The position numbers and the translations under genes were made by a program. From Thermoplasmatota archaeon (GTDB lineage Archaea; Thermoplasmatota; E2; JACPAO01; JAHFTW01), in the NCBI GenBank assembly GCA_041601615.1, contig JBFIHX010000004.1, positions 96,001-160,000 on the forward strand: 64,000 nucleotides of DNA, read 5' to 3'. Of this stretch, positions 50,223-61,094 are shown in pieces. The notes under the pieces were generated by a model. The model saw only the letters and a list, made by a program, of their open reading frames with translations, did no database searches and was not told the DNA's origin. The stretch's first letter is position 1; each line of letters starts with the position of its first letter.

Positions 50223-51692
50223 ATGTCGCCGGAAACAGTGCTGCACCCGCCAGGATCCATTCTGCTCGGCGGCGCCCCCGTGCCACCCCACTTGCTGCTG
50301 AAATACGCCAACCGGCACGGCCTCATCACAGGCGCCACCGGAACCGGCAAAACAGTCTCCTTGCAAGTCCTCTGCGAAGGCTTCTCCCGCGCCGGCGTGC
50401 CCGTGTTCGTAGCCGACGTCAAAGGAGATCTCGCCGGCATCAGCCGCCCGGGCCGCCCCCACGCCAAAATCGACGCACGGGTACGCACCATCGGCATACC
50501 CGACTACCAAGCGCGGCCGTTTCCCACGGTGTTCTGGGACCTGTTTGGCGAAAAAGGCGTCCCGATCCGCACCACGATTTCCGAGATGGGCCCCGTGTTG
50601 CTTGCGCGCATGCTTGATCTCAACGAGGCCCAAGAAGGTGTTCTGAACATCGCCTTCCGCGTCGCCGACGAACAAGGCCTGCTCCTTCTCGACCTCAAAG
50701 ACCTTCGCGCCATGATCAGCTACGTCGCCCAAAACGCCAGCGAGCTCACCACTGCATACGGCAACGTCAGCACCTCCAGCGTCGGCGCCATCCAACGCCG
50801 CTTGCTCGTCCTGGACCAACAACGCGGCTCCCAATTCTTTGCCGAACCCGCACTCGACATCCACGACCTGATGCGCACCACGCACGGCGAAGGCAACGTC
50901 AACGTGCTCGCCGCCGACCAGCTCATGGAATACCCCAAACTGTACTCCACGTTCCTGCTCTGGTTGCTCTCCGAACTGTTTGAAGAACTGCCCGAAGTAG
51001 GCGACCCAGACCAGCCGAAACTGGTGTTCATCTTCGACGAAGCACACCTGCTGTTTTCGGATGCCCCCAAGGCCTTGGTGGACAAGGTTGCGCAGGTGGT
51101 CCGGCTCGTTCGCTCCAAGGGCGTCGGCGTCTACTTCGTCACCCAAAACCCCACCGACATCCCCGACGAAGTGCTTGGACAACTCGGCAACCGCATCCAA
51201 CACGCGCTTCGATCGTTTACGCCCCGCGACCAAAAAGCGGTGCGAGCAGCCGCACAGACCTTCCGGCCCAACCCAGAATTGGACGTGGAGCAGGTGATTG
51301 GTGAGATGGGTGTCGGCGAAGCGCTCGTGTCGGTACTGGAAGCCAAAGGCAGCCCCTCCGTCGTACAACGCACCCTCATGTGCCCGCCGCAATCACGCAT
51401 GGGCCCCATCACCGAAACCGAACGGCGCGACGCCATGCAACGGCAAACCTGGAACCAAAAATACAAGGCAACCGTGGACCGCGAATCCGCCCACGAAGTG
51501 CTCCTCGGCCGTGCCCAACTGCCCCGCGCATCTAGCAAGGTCCAGGCCAAACCCAAGCCCAAACGCAAGAGCCAACGGCAAACTTCGAGCCAGGCACTCG
51601 GCAAGTCCGCCCTACGGTCGCTGGGCACGCAACTAGGCAGTGGAATCGGCCGCAGCATCGTGCGAGGCCTGCTCGGATCCATCCTGAAATAA
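50223..51692 (+). CDS. HerA-like ATPase (DUF853/YjgR family)
   Basis: [46 protein letters not shown]. Confidence 0.92.
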   Translation: MSPETVLHPPGSILLGGAPVPPHLLLKYANRHGLITGATGTGKTVSLQVLCEGFSRAGVPVFVADVKGDLAGISRPGRPHAKIDARVRTIGIPDYQARPFPTVFWDLFGEKGVPIRTTISEMGPVLLARMLDLNEAQEGVLNIAFRVADEQGLLLLDLKDLRAMISYVAQNASELTTAYGNVSTSSVGAIQRRLLVLDQQRGSQFFAEPALDIHDLMRTTHGEGNVNVLAADQLMEYPKLYSTFLLWLLSELFEELPEVGDPDQPKLVFIFDEAHLLFSDAPKALVDKVAQVVRLVRSKGVGVYFVTQNPTDIPDEVLGQLGNRIQHALRSFTPRDQKAVRAAAQTFRPNPELDVEQVIGEMGVGEALVSVLEAKGSPSVVQRTLMCPPQSRMGPITETERRDAMQRQTWNQKYKATVDRESAHEVLLGRAQLPRASSKVQAKPKPKRKSQRQTSSQALGKSALRSLGTQLGSGIGRSIVRGLLGSILK

Positions 51693-51715
51693 ATCCCAGG
51701 CGCCAAGCTCCCGTC

Positions 51716-52705
51716 TTAGACCGCGCTCTTGACCGCACCCAGGTGAAAGATTCCGTCGCCACGATTCACACTCGGATTCAAGGCGTGTCCGATGACGAGC
51801 CGGTCGCCGGGACTGCGCACGCGCACCTCATGGCGTCCGTATGGATCCGAGATGACCCCGAGTTGCTGCCGGGCCGTGACCACGTCCCCGACCTTGACCG
51901 TCAAGCGCAACATGCCACTGGCCGGAGCCCGCAACCACGAATGGCGCCCCACCTCGACGCTGGAATGACGAAGCCGAGCCAATCGACGCGGCCGCATTCC
52001 GAGGGCAGTCATGACGCGAGCCACACCGCGCTTGCCAATCTTGATGGCCTCGTCGTTGAACCGCAGCGGCTCACCCGCCTCGAACAGCAAAGTCCGCACG
52101 CCAGCCTTCGACGCCGCATGGCGAAGCGAACCTGGGCGAAATTTGGAGTGCAGAAAGACGGGCGCGCCAAACGCCTCGGCCAAGCGCCGGGTTTCCTCAT
52201 CGTGCAAATCGGCGCGAATTTGTGGCAAATTGGTGCGATGGTGGCTGCCCGTGTGCAAGTCGATGCCGAAGTCCGAGCGCGCCAAGACCTCTGTGACAAA
52301 CAAGTGCGCCAATTGACTCGCGAGGCTCCCCCGGGCCGAGCCTGGAAACGACCGGTTCAAATCGCGCCGATCCGGCAAGTACCGCGACTGGTCCACGAAC
52401 CCAAACGCATTCACCACAGGAATTACCAGCAGCGTTCCGTGCAGGTGCGTCGGATCGGTCTGAATCAAAGTCCGACACACCTCGATGCCGTTGATTTCGT
52501 CCCCATGGATCGCCGCGCACACAAACAAACGCGGCCCCTCGTATCGACCATGAACGACCACCACAGGCATGGACAACGGCACACCCACAGGCAGGCGCGC
52601 CACAGCAAGATCAATTTGCTCCGTCGTGCCCGGCTGCACCGTCTGGCCGCCGAACTCGAAGGGACCCTGCCGCTTGGGTTTGGCCGATTTTTCAGCCCCG
52701 GACAC
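51716..52705 (-). CDS. Succinylglutamate desuccinylase/aspartoacylase family protein (copy 2)
   Basis: [26 protein letters not shown]. Confidence 0.9.
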   Translation of the reverse strand: MSGAEKSAKPKRQGPFEFGGQTVQPGTTEQIDLAVARLPVGVPLSMPVVVVHGRYEGPRLFVCAAIHGDEINGIEVCRTLIQTDPTHLHGTLLVIPVVNAFGFVDQSRYLPDRRDLNRSFPGSARGSLASQLAHLFVTEVLARSDFGIDLHTGSHHRTNLPQIRADLHDEETRRLAEAFGAPVFLHSKFRPGSLRHAASKAGVRTLLFEAGEPLRFNDEAIKIGKRGVARVMTALGMRPRRLARLRHSSVEVGRHSWLRAPASGMLRLTVKVGDVVTARQQLGVISDPYGRHEVRVRSPGDRLVIGHALNPSVNRGDGIFHLGAVKSAV

Positions 52706-53597
52706 GGTCCTTCACCTTGCCCGGCTTCGCATTGGTCTCTAGAAACTCGATGATTTTGCCGGCGACATCAATGCCCGTGGAGTATTCGATGCCCTCCAGG
52801 CCAGGGCTGCTGTTGACCTCCATCACGAGCGGCCCCTCGTCGCTTCGTAGGATGTCCACGCCGGCAACGTTGAGTCCGAGCGCTTTGGCCGACCGAATGG
52901 CCGTGCGACGCTCATCCGGCGTCAGTTTCGTGATCTCCGCCGTTCCGCCTCGGTGCAAGTTGCTGCGGAAATCTCCCGGTGCGCCCGTGCGCTCCATGGC
53001 CGCGATGACCTTGTTGCCGACGATGAAACAACGCACGTCCTTGCCGCCGGCCTCCTTGATGAACTGCTGCACGAGAATGTCGGCGCGCAGGCCCCGAAAC
53101 GCTTCGATGACCGACTGCGCCGCCTTCTTGGTCTCCGCCAGCACCACGCCGACACCCTGGGTGCCTTCGATGAGCTTGACCACGAGCGGAGCGCCGCCCA
53201 CGAGCTTGATTACGCCATCAATGTCGCTGGGGCTGCTGGCCATGCCCGTCACTGGCAAGCCGATGCCTTCGCGGCTCAAAATTTGCAGGCTGCGCAGCTT
53301 GTCGCGAGACCGCGTAATGGCTTGTGATTCGTTGGCCGGAAATACGCCCATCATCTCAAATTGACGCACCACCGCGGTGCCGTAGAAGGTGTGCGTGGCG
53401 CCAATGCGGGGAATAATCGCATCGTACAGAGGCAGGGGCTCGTCTTGGTACATGACGCGAGGTTTGTGACTCGTGATGTCCATGTAGCAACGAACGTAGT
53501 CAATCACGCTCGCCTTGTGCCCACGTTCTAGGGCCGCTTCGTAGAGCCGCCGAGTCGAGTACAGATGCCTATTTCGAGAGAGAACTGCAATGTTCAT
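52692..53597 (-). CDS. rimK: RimK alpha-L-glutamate ligase (copy 2, close to the canonical bacterial type)
   Basis: [60 protein letters not shown]. Confidence 0.95.
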   Translation of the reverse strand: MNIAVLSRNRHLYSTRRLYEAALERGHKASVIDYVRCYMDITSHKPRVMYQDEPLPLYDAIIPRIGATHTFYGTAVVRQFEMMGVFPANESQAITRSRDKLRSLQILSREGIGLPVTGMASSPSDIDGVIKLVGGAPLVVKLIEGTQGVGVVLAETKKAAQSVIEAFRGLRADILVQQFIKEAGGKDVRCFIVGNKVIAAMERTGAPGDFRSNLHRGGTAEITKLTPDERRTAIRSAKALGLNVAGVDILRSDEGPLVMEVNSSPGLEGIEYSTGIDVAGKIIEFLETNAKPGKVKDRVRG

Positions 53598-54046
53598 GCT
53601 TTGCTCCATGTGCGAACCGCCTCCGGCGTGCCCCCTACGTTCGTCCTCCTACAGTCCACCAAGAATCGGTCCACAAGCGCCGTCCGACCCACCAGCATCC
53701 GGAAAGCCATCTCCTGGCGGTCAATAAGCGTCACTTCCACGTCTTGGTCCTCTCCGTTCATGCGCAGGGTCGTGCGAATCACGGGCCGCAGACTCGCCTT
53801 GGCTCCCGAATCGCGAACGATGCGCTCCTCCACAAGCGGCGCTTCCGCCTGCATGAAAAAGTCATCGCGGCCCTGAATGGTGTGCACCTTGAAGCGCACA
53901 ACGCCGTCATGAATCTCGATGTCGTAGGCGTGCAACGCGGAGGTCCGGGCCCCGGTGTCGATCTTGGCCTTGATGGGACCAATGTCCAAGTCCGGCAGGT
54001 GGACCCATTCGCGCCATCCGACGCAAGGCAGGGGGTGATTCTCCAT
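53594..54046 (-). CDS. RimK-associated retropepsin-like protease (RimB-like)
   Basis: [37 protein letters not shown] overlap with rimK. Confidence 0.88.
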   Translation of the reverse strand: MENHPLPCVGWREWVHLPDLDIGPIKAKIDTGARTSALHAYDIEIHDGVVRFKVHTIQGRDDFFMQAEAPLVEERIVRDSGAKASLRPVIRTTLRMNGEDQDVEVTLIDRQEMAFRMLVGRTALVDRFLVDCRRTNVGGTPEAVRTWSKA

Positions 54047-54189
54047 CGTGAAGTGATGCACCGAACCGCCGGGGTTGAAGCTTGCCTTCGCGCTAGGCGC
54101 CAAAACCACCGGTAATGCAGGCGGCCCAATGCAAATCCGGCAGGTCCCCTCGGCACCGGCTCTAAATGGGTTGCCCCGGTCGCCGCATC

Positions 54190-55971
54190 GTGGCGGTCAT
54201 CGAAGCAGACGGACTCAGCAAGGGGTACGGGGGCAAGCGCCTGTTCGACGACGCCACGTTCCAGGTACGCGCGGGCGACGTGGTGGCCCTCATTGGTCCC
54301 AACGGCGCCGGCAAATCCACCCTGCTTCGCATCCTTGCTGGCCGCGAGCGCCCCGACGACGGCAATTTCCGCATGGCCGACGTCCGCGTCCACTGGTTCG
54401 ACCAGCACCCCAAGATTCCCAAAGGCGCCACGGTGGCTGACGTGTTGGCCTCCGACAAACCGGTGCCGCCCGCACTCCAACAGGAAAAGGACGCCTTGGA
54501 AGCCCGCATCTCGGACCCGAAACTGTACGAGGAGCCCGGCTACGAAATCGTTCTGGAACGCTACGCTGCCGTGGAGCAAGAAATCAAACGCGCCCGCGCC
54601 CCCGGGCCCATGGCAAGCGCCGTCATGGAAGAACTTGGCAATCTTCCCTTGGGCATGGACGCAAGCAAACTCAGCGGCGGCGAAAAGACCCGACTTTTCC
54701 TGGCCCGCGCACTCTCCGAAGCCAAACCTGGCGACCTTGTGGTGCTGGACGAACCCACGAACCACTTGGACGTGGACAGCATCGAGTGGCTGGAAGACTG
54801 GATCCGCGGCTTCGACGGCACCGTGCTTCTCGTGGCACACGACCGCGTGTTTCTGGACAACGTGGCGACGCGCATCTTCGAGGTCCAAGGCGGCGTCACT
54901 TGCTTTGAAGGCAACTACGAAGACTACGTGGAAGCCCGCGACGAAAACATCGCACGCCAAAAACGCGAACACGAAAAGGCCGGCGAGCGCATGGCGCAAA
55001 CCAAGGCCGTCATCATGCAGTTTCGCAAGCAGAAGCGCTTCGATGGCCAATACGCCAGCCGCATGAAGGACCTTGAAAAGTACCAAAAGGCGCTCGAACG
55101 CACACCCGACGCGGTGCTGGAAGGGTTCGCCTTCGGCCTCAAATTTGGCGCCACAGACAAGAGCAGCCAGGAAATGCTGCGCTTTACGGGCCTTTGCAAA
55201 TCCTACGACCAACCCGTCCTGCAAAACGCCGAACTGGAAATCCGCCGCGGCGACCGCATCGGCCTCGTCGGCGCCAACGGAGCCGGCAAATCTACGCTCC
55301 TTGGCATTCTCACCGGCAAAGTCCAGAAAGACTCGGGAACGCTCCACGCAGCCCCCGGCGTCAAGGGCATTTTCTTTAGTCAAGAACAAGACGACCTGGA
55401 AGCGACCCGCACCGTGCACCAGGAAGTCGTGGAAGCCCGCCCCGGCATGGAAGAACGCGACGTCAAGGCCCTGCTCGGGCGCTTTCGGTTCAACCCCGCC
55501 GTGGACATGACCCGCACCGTCAGCACCCTCAGTGGCGGCGAGCGCCAGCGCCTCATGCTCCTGAAGTGCGTGCTGCGACCAAGCAACCTCTTGATTCTCG
55601 ACGAACCCACGAACCACTTGGACCTCTGGGCCCGCGACGTGGTCATCGAGGCCTTGAACGCCTACCACGGCACCCTCCTCGTCGTCAGCCACGACCGGTA
55701 CCTGCTCGACGCCGCCACGGACACCACCGCCCTGCTGGACGAGGGCATCATCCGCACCTACCCCGGCAGCTTCACCGCCAGCCGCGACCAGCACGCCCGG
55801 CAGATCGCCAAGACCGTGACCACCCGCTACGTCGTGCGCAAAAAATTCACGGACTGGACCTCCAATACGAAGTACATGGCCGGAGACGAGCCGGACCTGA
55901 CAGAAGTCCAAGTCAAGTCCAGTGTGACCATGCGCAACGCCATCGAACAGGGCTGGCTAGAACGGGTCTAA
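54190..55971 (+). CDS. ABC-F family ATPase
   Basis: Two ABC cassettes (GPNGAGKST/LSGGE/LDEPTNHLD twice), inter-ABC linker, no TM. GTG start inferred. Confidence 0.92.
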   Translation: MAVIEADGLSKGYGGKRLFDDATFQVRAGDVVALIGPNGAGKSTLLRILAGRERPDDGNFRMADVRVHWFDQHPKIPKGATVADVLASDKPVPPALQQEKDALEARISDPKLYEEPGYEIVLERYAAVEQEIKRARAPGPMASAVMEELGNLPLGMDASKLSGGEKTRLFLARALSEAKPGDLVVLDEPTNHLDVDSIEWLEDWIRGFDGTVLLVAHDRVFLDNVATRIFEVQGGVTCFEGNYEDYVEARDENIARQKREHEKAGERMAQTKAVIMQFRKQKRFDGQYASRMKDLEKYQKALERTPDAVLEGFAFGLKFGATDKSSQEMLRFTGLCKSYDQPVLQNAELEIRRGDRIGLVGANGAGKSTLLGILTGKVQKDSGTLHAAPGVKGIFFSQEQDDLEATRTVHQEVVEARPGMEERDVKALLGRFRFNPAVDMTRTVSTLSGGERQRLMLLKCVLRPSNLLILDEPTNHLDLWARDVVIEALNAYHGTLLVVSHDRYLLDAATDTTALLDEGIIRTYPGSFTASRDQHARQIAKTVTTRYVVRKKFTDWTSNTKYMAGDEPDLTEVQVKSSVTMRNAIEQGWLERV

Positions 55972-56045
55972 AACCGTCCTCGCACCCCCGTCCGTTCGCC
56001 TGAACCGAGGACGCTGCTTGAAACCCCGCACAGCAATCATCCCTT

Positions 56046-58727
56046 GTGCCTGCCCCGGGGCCCTACACGACCTCCTCCGTTGAGGTCCTGGACCGTCTCC
56101 AAGTCGATGTTGAAACCGGACTGACTCCGGCAGAGGTCCAGGCACGGACTCGCCAATGGGGGCCCAATGAACTTCCCGAGAACGATTCCAGGAGCGCTTG
56201 GAAGATCCTCGCCCGGCAATTTTCCAACGTCTTGATCTGGATCCTCGCCGGCGCCATCGTCCTCTCCCTCGTACTCCAGGAAACCCTCGAAGCCATCGCC
56301 ATCACGGTCATCGCCGTCTTCACCATCATCCTCGGTTTCCTGCAAGAATACCGAGCCGAACGCGCAATGGACGCCCTGCGGCGCCTCTCAGCCCCTCATG
56401 CACGGGTCCTTCGAAACGGCGCCGCGACCACACTCCCCTCCAGCCAGATCGTCCCCGGCGACATCCTGCTCTTGGCCCAAGGCGATATCGTGGCCGCCGA
56501 CGCCCGGCTCCTCGACGCCGCAGACCTCGAAACAGCCGAAGCCTCCCTCACCGGCGAATCCACGCCCGTAACCAAGGACGCCGACCAAGAACTCACCGCA
56601 GACACCGCCCTGGCCGACCGCACAAACATGGTCTACGCCACCACCACCATCACCCGGGGCCGCGCCACCGCCGTGGCCACCGCCACGGGAACCCACACCG
56701 AAGTTGGCCACATCGGTCGTCTGCTTGCCACGGTCGAGACTCAAAAAACGCCCCTGGAAAGACAACTCGACCAATTTGGACGCTGGCTTGTCTGGGTCGC
56801 CGCCGCCATTGTCCTTGTAGTGGTCCTCCTCGGAATACTGCGCGGAATCTCCTGGATCGAGATGCTGTTCATCGGCGTCGCGCTCGCAGTCGCCGCCGTA
56901 CCCGAAGCACTGCCCGCCGTCGTCACCATCAGCCTCGCCGTGGGCGCCCAGCGCATGGCCCGCCGCAATGCATTGGTTCGACGCCTGTCGACCGTTGAGA
57001 CCCTCGGCTCCACCACCATCATCTGCACCGACAAGACCGGCACCCTCACCACTGGCATCATGACCGCCGCCGCCGTCGCCCTCCCCGGCCACGACATCAC
57101 CATCAAGGGCAGCAGCCTCGACCCCACAATTCGCCTAGCAGTCACCGTGCCCCCCGCCCAGCAAGACGCCTTCGAAACAATGCTCACGGCATGCGCCCAA
57201 TGCAGCGACGCAGTGCTCGAACACTCCGCCACAGACGGCACCTGGACGGTCACAGGCGACCCCACAGAAGGCGCCCTCGTCGCTTTGGCCGCCCGGGCAG
57301 GAAAGAACAAAGCCGACCTCGAAGACACAAATCCACGAATCGACGAAGAGCCGTTCGACGCCAGCACCCGCCGTATGATCACCCTGCACCAAGATGGCCA
57401 AGCTTACGCCAAAGGCGCCCCCGGCGCCCTTCTAGAAATCTGCGACCGGTACTGGAACGCCGGTACGGTGGTCCCGCTTGTTCCCGAGGTCCAAGAGCAG
57501 ATTCAGGCGTCCGTCCAAGTCCTCGCCGCCCACGGTATGCGCGTCATGGCGTTGGCATGGAAACCCGATGCAGCAGCCCAAGACATGGGACATTCCTTGG
57601 TATACCTTGGATTGGTCGGAATCCGCGACCCGCCGCGACCCGAGGCCGCCGCAGCCATCGCCACGTGTCATGATGCTGGTGTCCGGGTCCTGATGATCAC
57701 CGGAGACCATCACGAGACCGCCCGCGCCATCGCCCATGAACTCGGATTCCTCGAAAATGGATCAGACCATGTCATTGATGGCCGCGCCCTCGACGCCCTC
57801 GACCAGAAGAGATTCCAAGACACCATCACCAAGACCAACGTGTACGCCCGCGTCAGCCCCGAACTCAAACTGCGCATCGTCCAAGCGCTCCAAGCCCAAC
57901 AAGAAGTGGTCGCCATGACCGGAGACGGCGTCAATGACGCCCCCGCCCTGCGCCAAGCTGACATCGGCATCGCCATGGGCATCACCGGCACCGATGTGGC
58001 CAAACAAGCAGCCGATATGACACTGGCCGACGACGACTTTGCCACCATCGTCGCTGCAATCGAAGAAGGACGCGGCATCTTTGCCAACGTCAGAAAATAT
58101 CTGGTCTACCTCCTGTCCACCAATTTTGGCGAACTGATGCTCATCGCCGCAGCCTTGGCCCTAGGACTCCCCTTGCCCCTGTCGGCCGTGATGATCTTGT
58201 ACGTCAACATCGCCTCCGACGGCCTCCCCGCCCTCGCCCTCGCCGTGGACCCCCAACACCCCGGCGCCATGCAAAAAGCCCCCCGAGCCCCAGGAAGCGG
58301 CATCCTTGATCGCCCCATCATGCTCTTGATGCTCCTAGGTGGCCTCTGGTCGGCCGTTTCCAACATCGCCGTGTTCACCTGGGCGCTACAAACCGGAAGG
58401 CCCCTCGAATTGGCCATGACGACCACGTTCGCCTCCCTTGTCCTGGTCCAGTTCGTCAAGGCATACATTTTCCGCACGGAACTTCGCCCCATCTGGGACG
58501 CCCCCCTGGCCAACAAATGGCTCAATCGCGCCGTCGCCTGGGAAATCCTCCTGATCATCCTGTTGCTGTATCTCCCCGGACTTCAAGCCCTGTTTGGCAC
58601 CCGGCCACTGGGCGCTATCGAGTGGCTGGCGGTCGCATTGGCAGCTGTATCGATCGTGCCGGTGCTGGAGACCTTCAAGTGGTACATCCGCACACGATCT
58701 GTGAACCATCGCCCTGCCCGGGCATGA
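56046..58727 (+). CDS. P-type cation-transporting ATPase (P2A, Ca2+-type)
   Basis: TGES, VAAVPEAL, DKTGTLT, KGAP, TGD, GDGVNDAPAL. Confidence 0.95.
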   Translation: MPAPGPYTTSSVEVLDRLQVDVETGLTPAEVQARTRQWGPNELPENDSRSAWKILARQFSNVLIWILAGAIVLSLVLQETLEAIAITVIAVFTIILGFLQEYRAERAMDALRRLSAPHARVLRNGAATTLPSSQIVPGDILLLAQGDIVAADARLLDAADLETAEASLTGESTPVTKDADQELTADTALADRTNMVYATTTITRGRATAVATATGTHTEVGHIGRLLATVETQKTPLERQLDQFGRWLVWVAAAIVLVVVLLGILRGISWIEMLFIGVALAVAAVPEALPAVVTISLAVGAQRMARRNALVRRLSTVETLGSTTIICTDKTGTLTTGIMTAAAVALPGHDITIKGSSLDPTIRLAVTVPPAQQDAFETMLTACAQCSDAVLEHSATDGTWTVTGDPTEGALVALAARAGKNKADLEDTNPRIDEEPFDASTRRMITLHQDGQAYAKGAPGALLEICDRYWNAGTVVPLVPEVQEQIQASVQVLAAHGMRVMALAWKPDAAAQDMGHSLVYLGLVGIRDPPRPEAAAAIATCHDAGVRVLMITGDHHETARAIAHELGFLENGSDHVIDGRALDALDQKRFQDTITKTNVYARVSPELKLRIVQALQAQQEVVAMTGDGVNDAPALRQADIGIAMGITGTDVAKQAADMTLADDDFATIVAAIEEGRGIFANVRKYLVYLLSTNFGELMLIAAALALGLPLPLSAVMILYVNIASDGLPALALAVDPQHPGAMQKAPRAPGSGILDRPIMLLMLLGGLWSAVSNIAVFTWALQTGRPLELAMTTTFASLVLVQFVKAYIFRTELRPIWDAPLANKWLNRAVAWEILLIILLLYLPGLQALFGTRPLGAIEWLAVALAAVSIVPVLETFKWYIRTRSVNHRPARA

Positions 58728-58892
58728 CACAAAACCGCTCGGGCCAGACCATCGGTGCCGCACGACGACACGCAAGGCGCAATCGAACGATGACGCGGAA
58801 GGACCAAAGAGCCAGACCGGAAGCGGCCGGGCAGAAAAAGAAGGAATGAGATGACCTGAGAAGGCTACACGCCCAAGGCAGCAGCGCCCCGG

Positions 58893-59030
58893 GCTACGCT
58901 TGCTTCACTCCCACTTGACCGTGGCAGGCGTCACACTGGCCGTGAACGGCCAGCAATCACCCACCAACCGCGCAATGGTCGCTCGGCGTTGCCTTACTCC
59001 CATTCCACGGTTGCTGGTGGCTTATCGCTG
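58893..59030. repeat. Recoded duplicate of the guaAB 3' end, with an inverted copy and hairpin
   Basis: 58905-58928 encodes PATVKWE* against the gene end PATVEWE* (58994-59017). Arm 58951-58978 is imperfectly complementary to 59000-59030. Hairpin at 58936-58953. Confidence 0.75.
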
Positions 59031-59962
59031 ATGTCGTACACAACGCGGTTGACCTTGTCTTTGAGGTCCGCGTGGTTCGTGATGCCGCGACTGATTCGAG
59101 CCAGCACCTTCCACGGAATTTCCGTGGCCTGCGCCGTCATGGCGTCGAAGCTCTGCACCGCACGCACCGCCACGGTCTCGCCATAGGCACGAAGGTCTCC
59201 CTGGACACCGACGCTGGGGGTGTTGGTGAGCACCGCGAAGTATTGCCACGGCAGCTCCTCCATCTCGCCCTTTTCGACGGCTTTCACGAGCTCCGTCTCG
59301 ACGATGTGGCACGCCTCGCGAGCGATGGCTGTGCGCTCGGGCGTCAGGTCACCAATGACACGCACGGCGAGTCCGGGACCCGGAAACGGCTGGCGCTCGG
59401 CCACTTCGATGCCTTGGAAGCGAGCCACGGCGCGCACCTCATCCTTGTACAGGTCGTACAGGGGTTCGCACAGCTCCATCTCCATGTCGTCGGGCAGGCC
59501 GCCCACGTTGTGGTGCGACTTGATGGTGTCACGGTTGCCGCCGCCACTCTCGATCCAGTCGGGCGCAATCGTGCCCTGAACCAGGTACTTGGCGCCGGTC
59601 TTCTTGGCCTCGCGCTCAAAGATGCGAATGAACTTCTCGCCGATGATCTTGCGCTTCTGCTCCGGCTCGCTCACACCCGCAAGCGCCTCGAAGTATTCAT
59701 CGGCAGCGTAGACGACGGTGAGATTGAGGCCCATGCGCTTGTACATCGCCTCCGTCTCCTCCGACTCGCCCTTGCGCATGAAACCGGTGTCCACGTAGAT
59801 GGCGTGCAACTTGTCGCCGATCGCCTCCTTGACAATCTCAGCCGCGACGCTCGAATCGACGCCACCGCTTACCGCGATGACAGCGTGGTTGTCGCCGATC
59901 TGATCCTTGGCCTTTTGGACGGCGTCCCTGACAAATTCGTCAGCGTCAAACAGCATCTCCAT
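58994..59962 (-). CDS. guaAB: GMP synthase subunit B (ATP pyrophosphatase)
   Basis: SGGVDSS, LVQGTIAPDWIES, IKSHHNVGG, QPFPGPGL, KPPATVEWE. No GATase domain (archaeal split form). Confidence 0.95.
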   Translation of the reverse strand: MEMLFDADEFVRDAVQKAKDQIGDNHAVIAVSGGVDSSVAAEIVKEAIGDKLHAIYVDTGFMRKGESEETEAMYKRMGLNLTVVYAADEYFEALAGVSEPEQKRKIIGEKFIRIFEREAKKTGAKYLVQGTIAPDWIESGGGNRDTIKSHHNVGGLPDDMEMELCEPLYDLYKDEVRAVARFQGIEVAERQPFPGPGLAVRVIGDLTPERTAIAREACHIVETELVKAVEKGEMEELPWQYFAVLTNTPSVGVQGDLRAYGETVAVRAVQSFDAMTAQATEIPWKVLARISRGITNHADLKDKVNRVVYDISDKPPATVEWE

Positions 59963-60062
59963 GGGCGTGGCCGCCGACACGGGGATGTCGGATAAGGGTT
60001 GAGGGCCCCACGCTCCTTTTCCGTGACCGACAACGTTTTTCGACGCAGGCGGATTAGGAGGC

Positions 60063-60359
60063 ATGGAAATTCGAAAAATGGCGGTGCTTGTCTTGCTTGC
60101 AATCTCTGGATGGGTGGTTGGCGCCGTCGCGGGGACCCTTGTTGTGGAGGGGCTGGAAGAGGCCGCCATCAGCGACACGCCGGGAGAAGCGGGATGGTCC
60201 AAGTCAGCGCTCGCCGTGGCGCAGACGGTGGTTTTGTCGCTGCTGTTTCTGGGCGTTGCGGCGGCCGCAGGCGTGTCTTTCTGGCGGCATCGGCTGCGCG
60301 CTGGCTCGTTTTTGGGTGCGGTGCTGGTCGCGTTGCCCGTGGGCCTTTTGTTTGCCTAG
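60063..60359 (+). CDS. Small membrane protein (3 TM)
   Basis: SD-like AGGAGG before the ATG and three hydrophobic segments. Confidence 0.6.
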   Translation: MEIRKMAVLVLLAISGWVVGAVAGTLVVEGLEEAAISDTPGEAGWSKSALAVAQTVVLSLLFLGVAAAAGVSFWRHRLRAGSFLGAVLVALPVGLLFA

Positions 60360-60406
60360 CAAGTAACTGCGGGGACCTGTTGCGCGAGCCTTGCCTTCGA
60401 CGGACT

Positions 60407-61039
60407 CTACGTCGGGCGTGCTAAGGGCGCTCCAGTATCGGGGTCTTCTCCCATGGACACACGCATCCCCGCAGCACGCAACGAATCCCGAAGGAACCGC
60501 TCAGCATCCACCGCCGCTTGTCTAGAAGCGACCTCCATCGAATGAAGCGGCTCAGAGACATGGTTGCTGGATGTGATGCGAGCACCCCGCCCGGCCGCGT
60601 GTTCCCGGAGGCGCTTTTTCAAATCCCGGGTCTGGCCCACGTAGAGCGCCCCGTCATTGAGTCGAAGCAGATACACCTTCCAAGATCCAAAATGGTGCTC
60701 GTCGCCTTTTTTCCATCCCGGATGGACCGGTTCCGGATGCCGCGCCAGTCCCGGAGCAGCAGGCCGGTCCGCTGTGCAGAATCGCAAAAATTGGCCCGGA
60801 GTCAGCAGAAAGCTGCACGTTGCACCAAGGCACCAGCGCGTCTCTTCTCCAGTCGGCGCCCTCGGCGGCCACGATTCGATGTGCGGGTCCTGGTGAACGA
60901 TGGTGCTCCAACAATCGATGCAATAGTGGTACTCGGTGCGGCGCGTGTCCGCCTCACAGGCAATCGCCTCATGGTCTTGCCAAAAGTAGGCCTGACACTT
61001 TTTGGAGGGGTTGGAGGAGGAAGAATTCCGACGAGCCAC
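60407..61039 (-). CDS. GIY-YIG nuclease family protein with Cys-rich N-terminal extension
   Basis: KVYLLRLNDGALYVGQTRDLKKRLREH...G...AVDAE motif set. Confidence 0.85.
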   Translation of the reverse strand: MARRNSSSSNPSKKCQAYFWQDHEAIACEADTRRTEYHYCIDCWSTIVHQDPHIESWPPRAPTGEETRWCLGATCSFLLTPGQFLRFCTADRPAAPGLARHPEPVHPGWKKGDEHHFGSWKVYLLRLNDGALYVGQTRDLKKRLREHAAGRGARITSSNHVSEPLHSMEVASRQAAVDAERFLRDSLRAAGMRVSMGEDPDTGAPLARPT

Positions 61040-61094
61040 GGCCGGCCAGAATCATCAAACTTTGATGAATACTTGGATGGCTTTGCAGCCGCCC

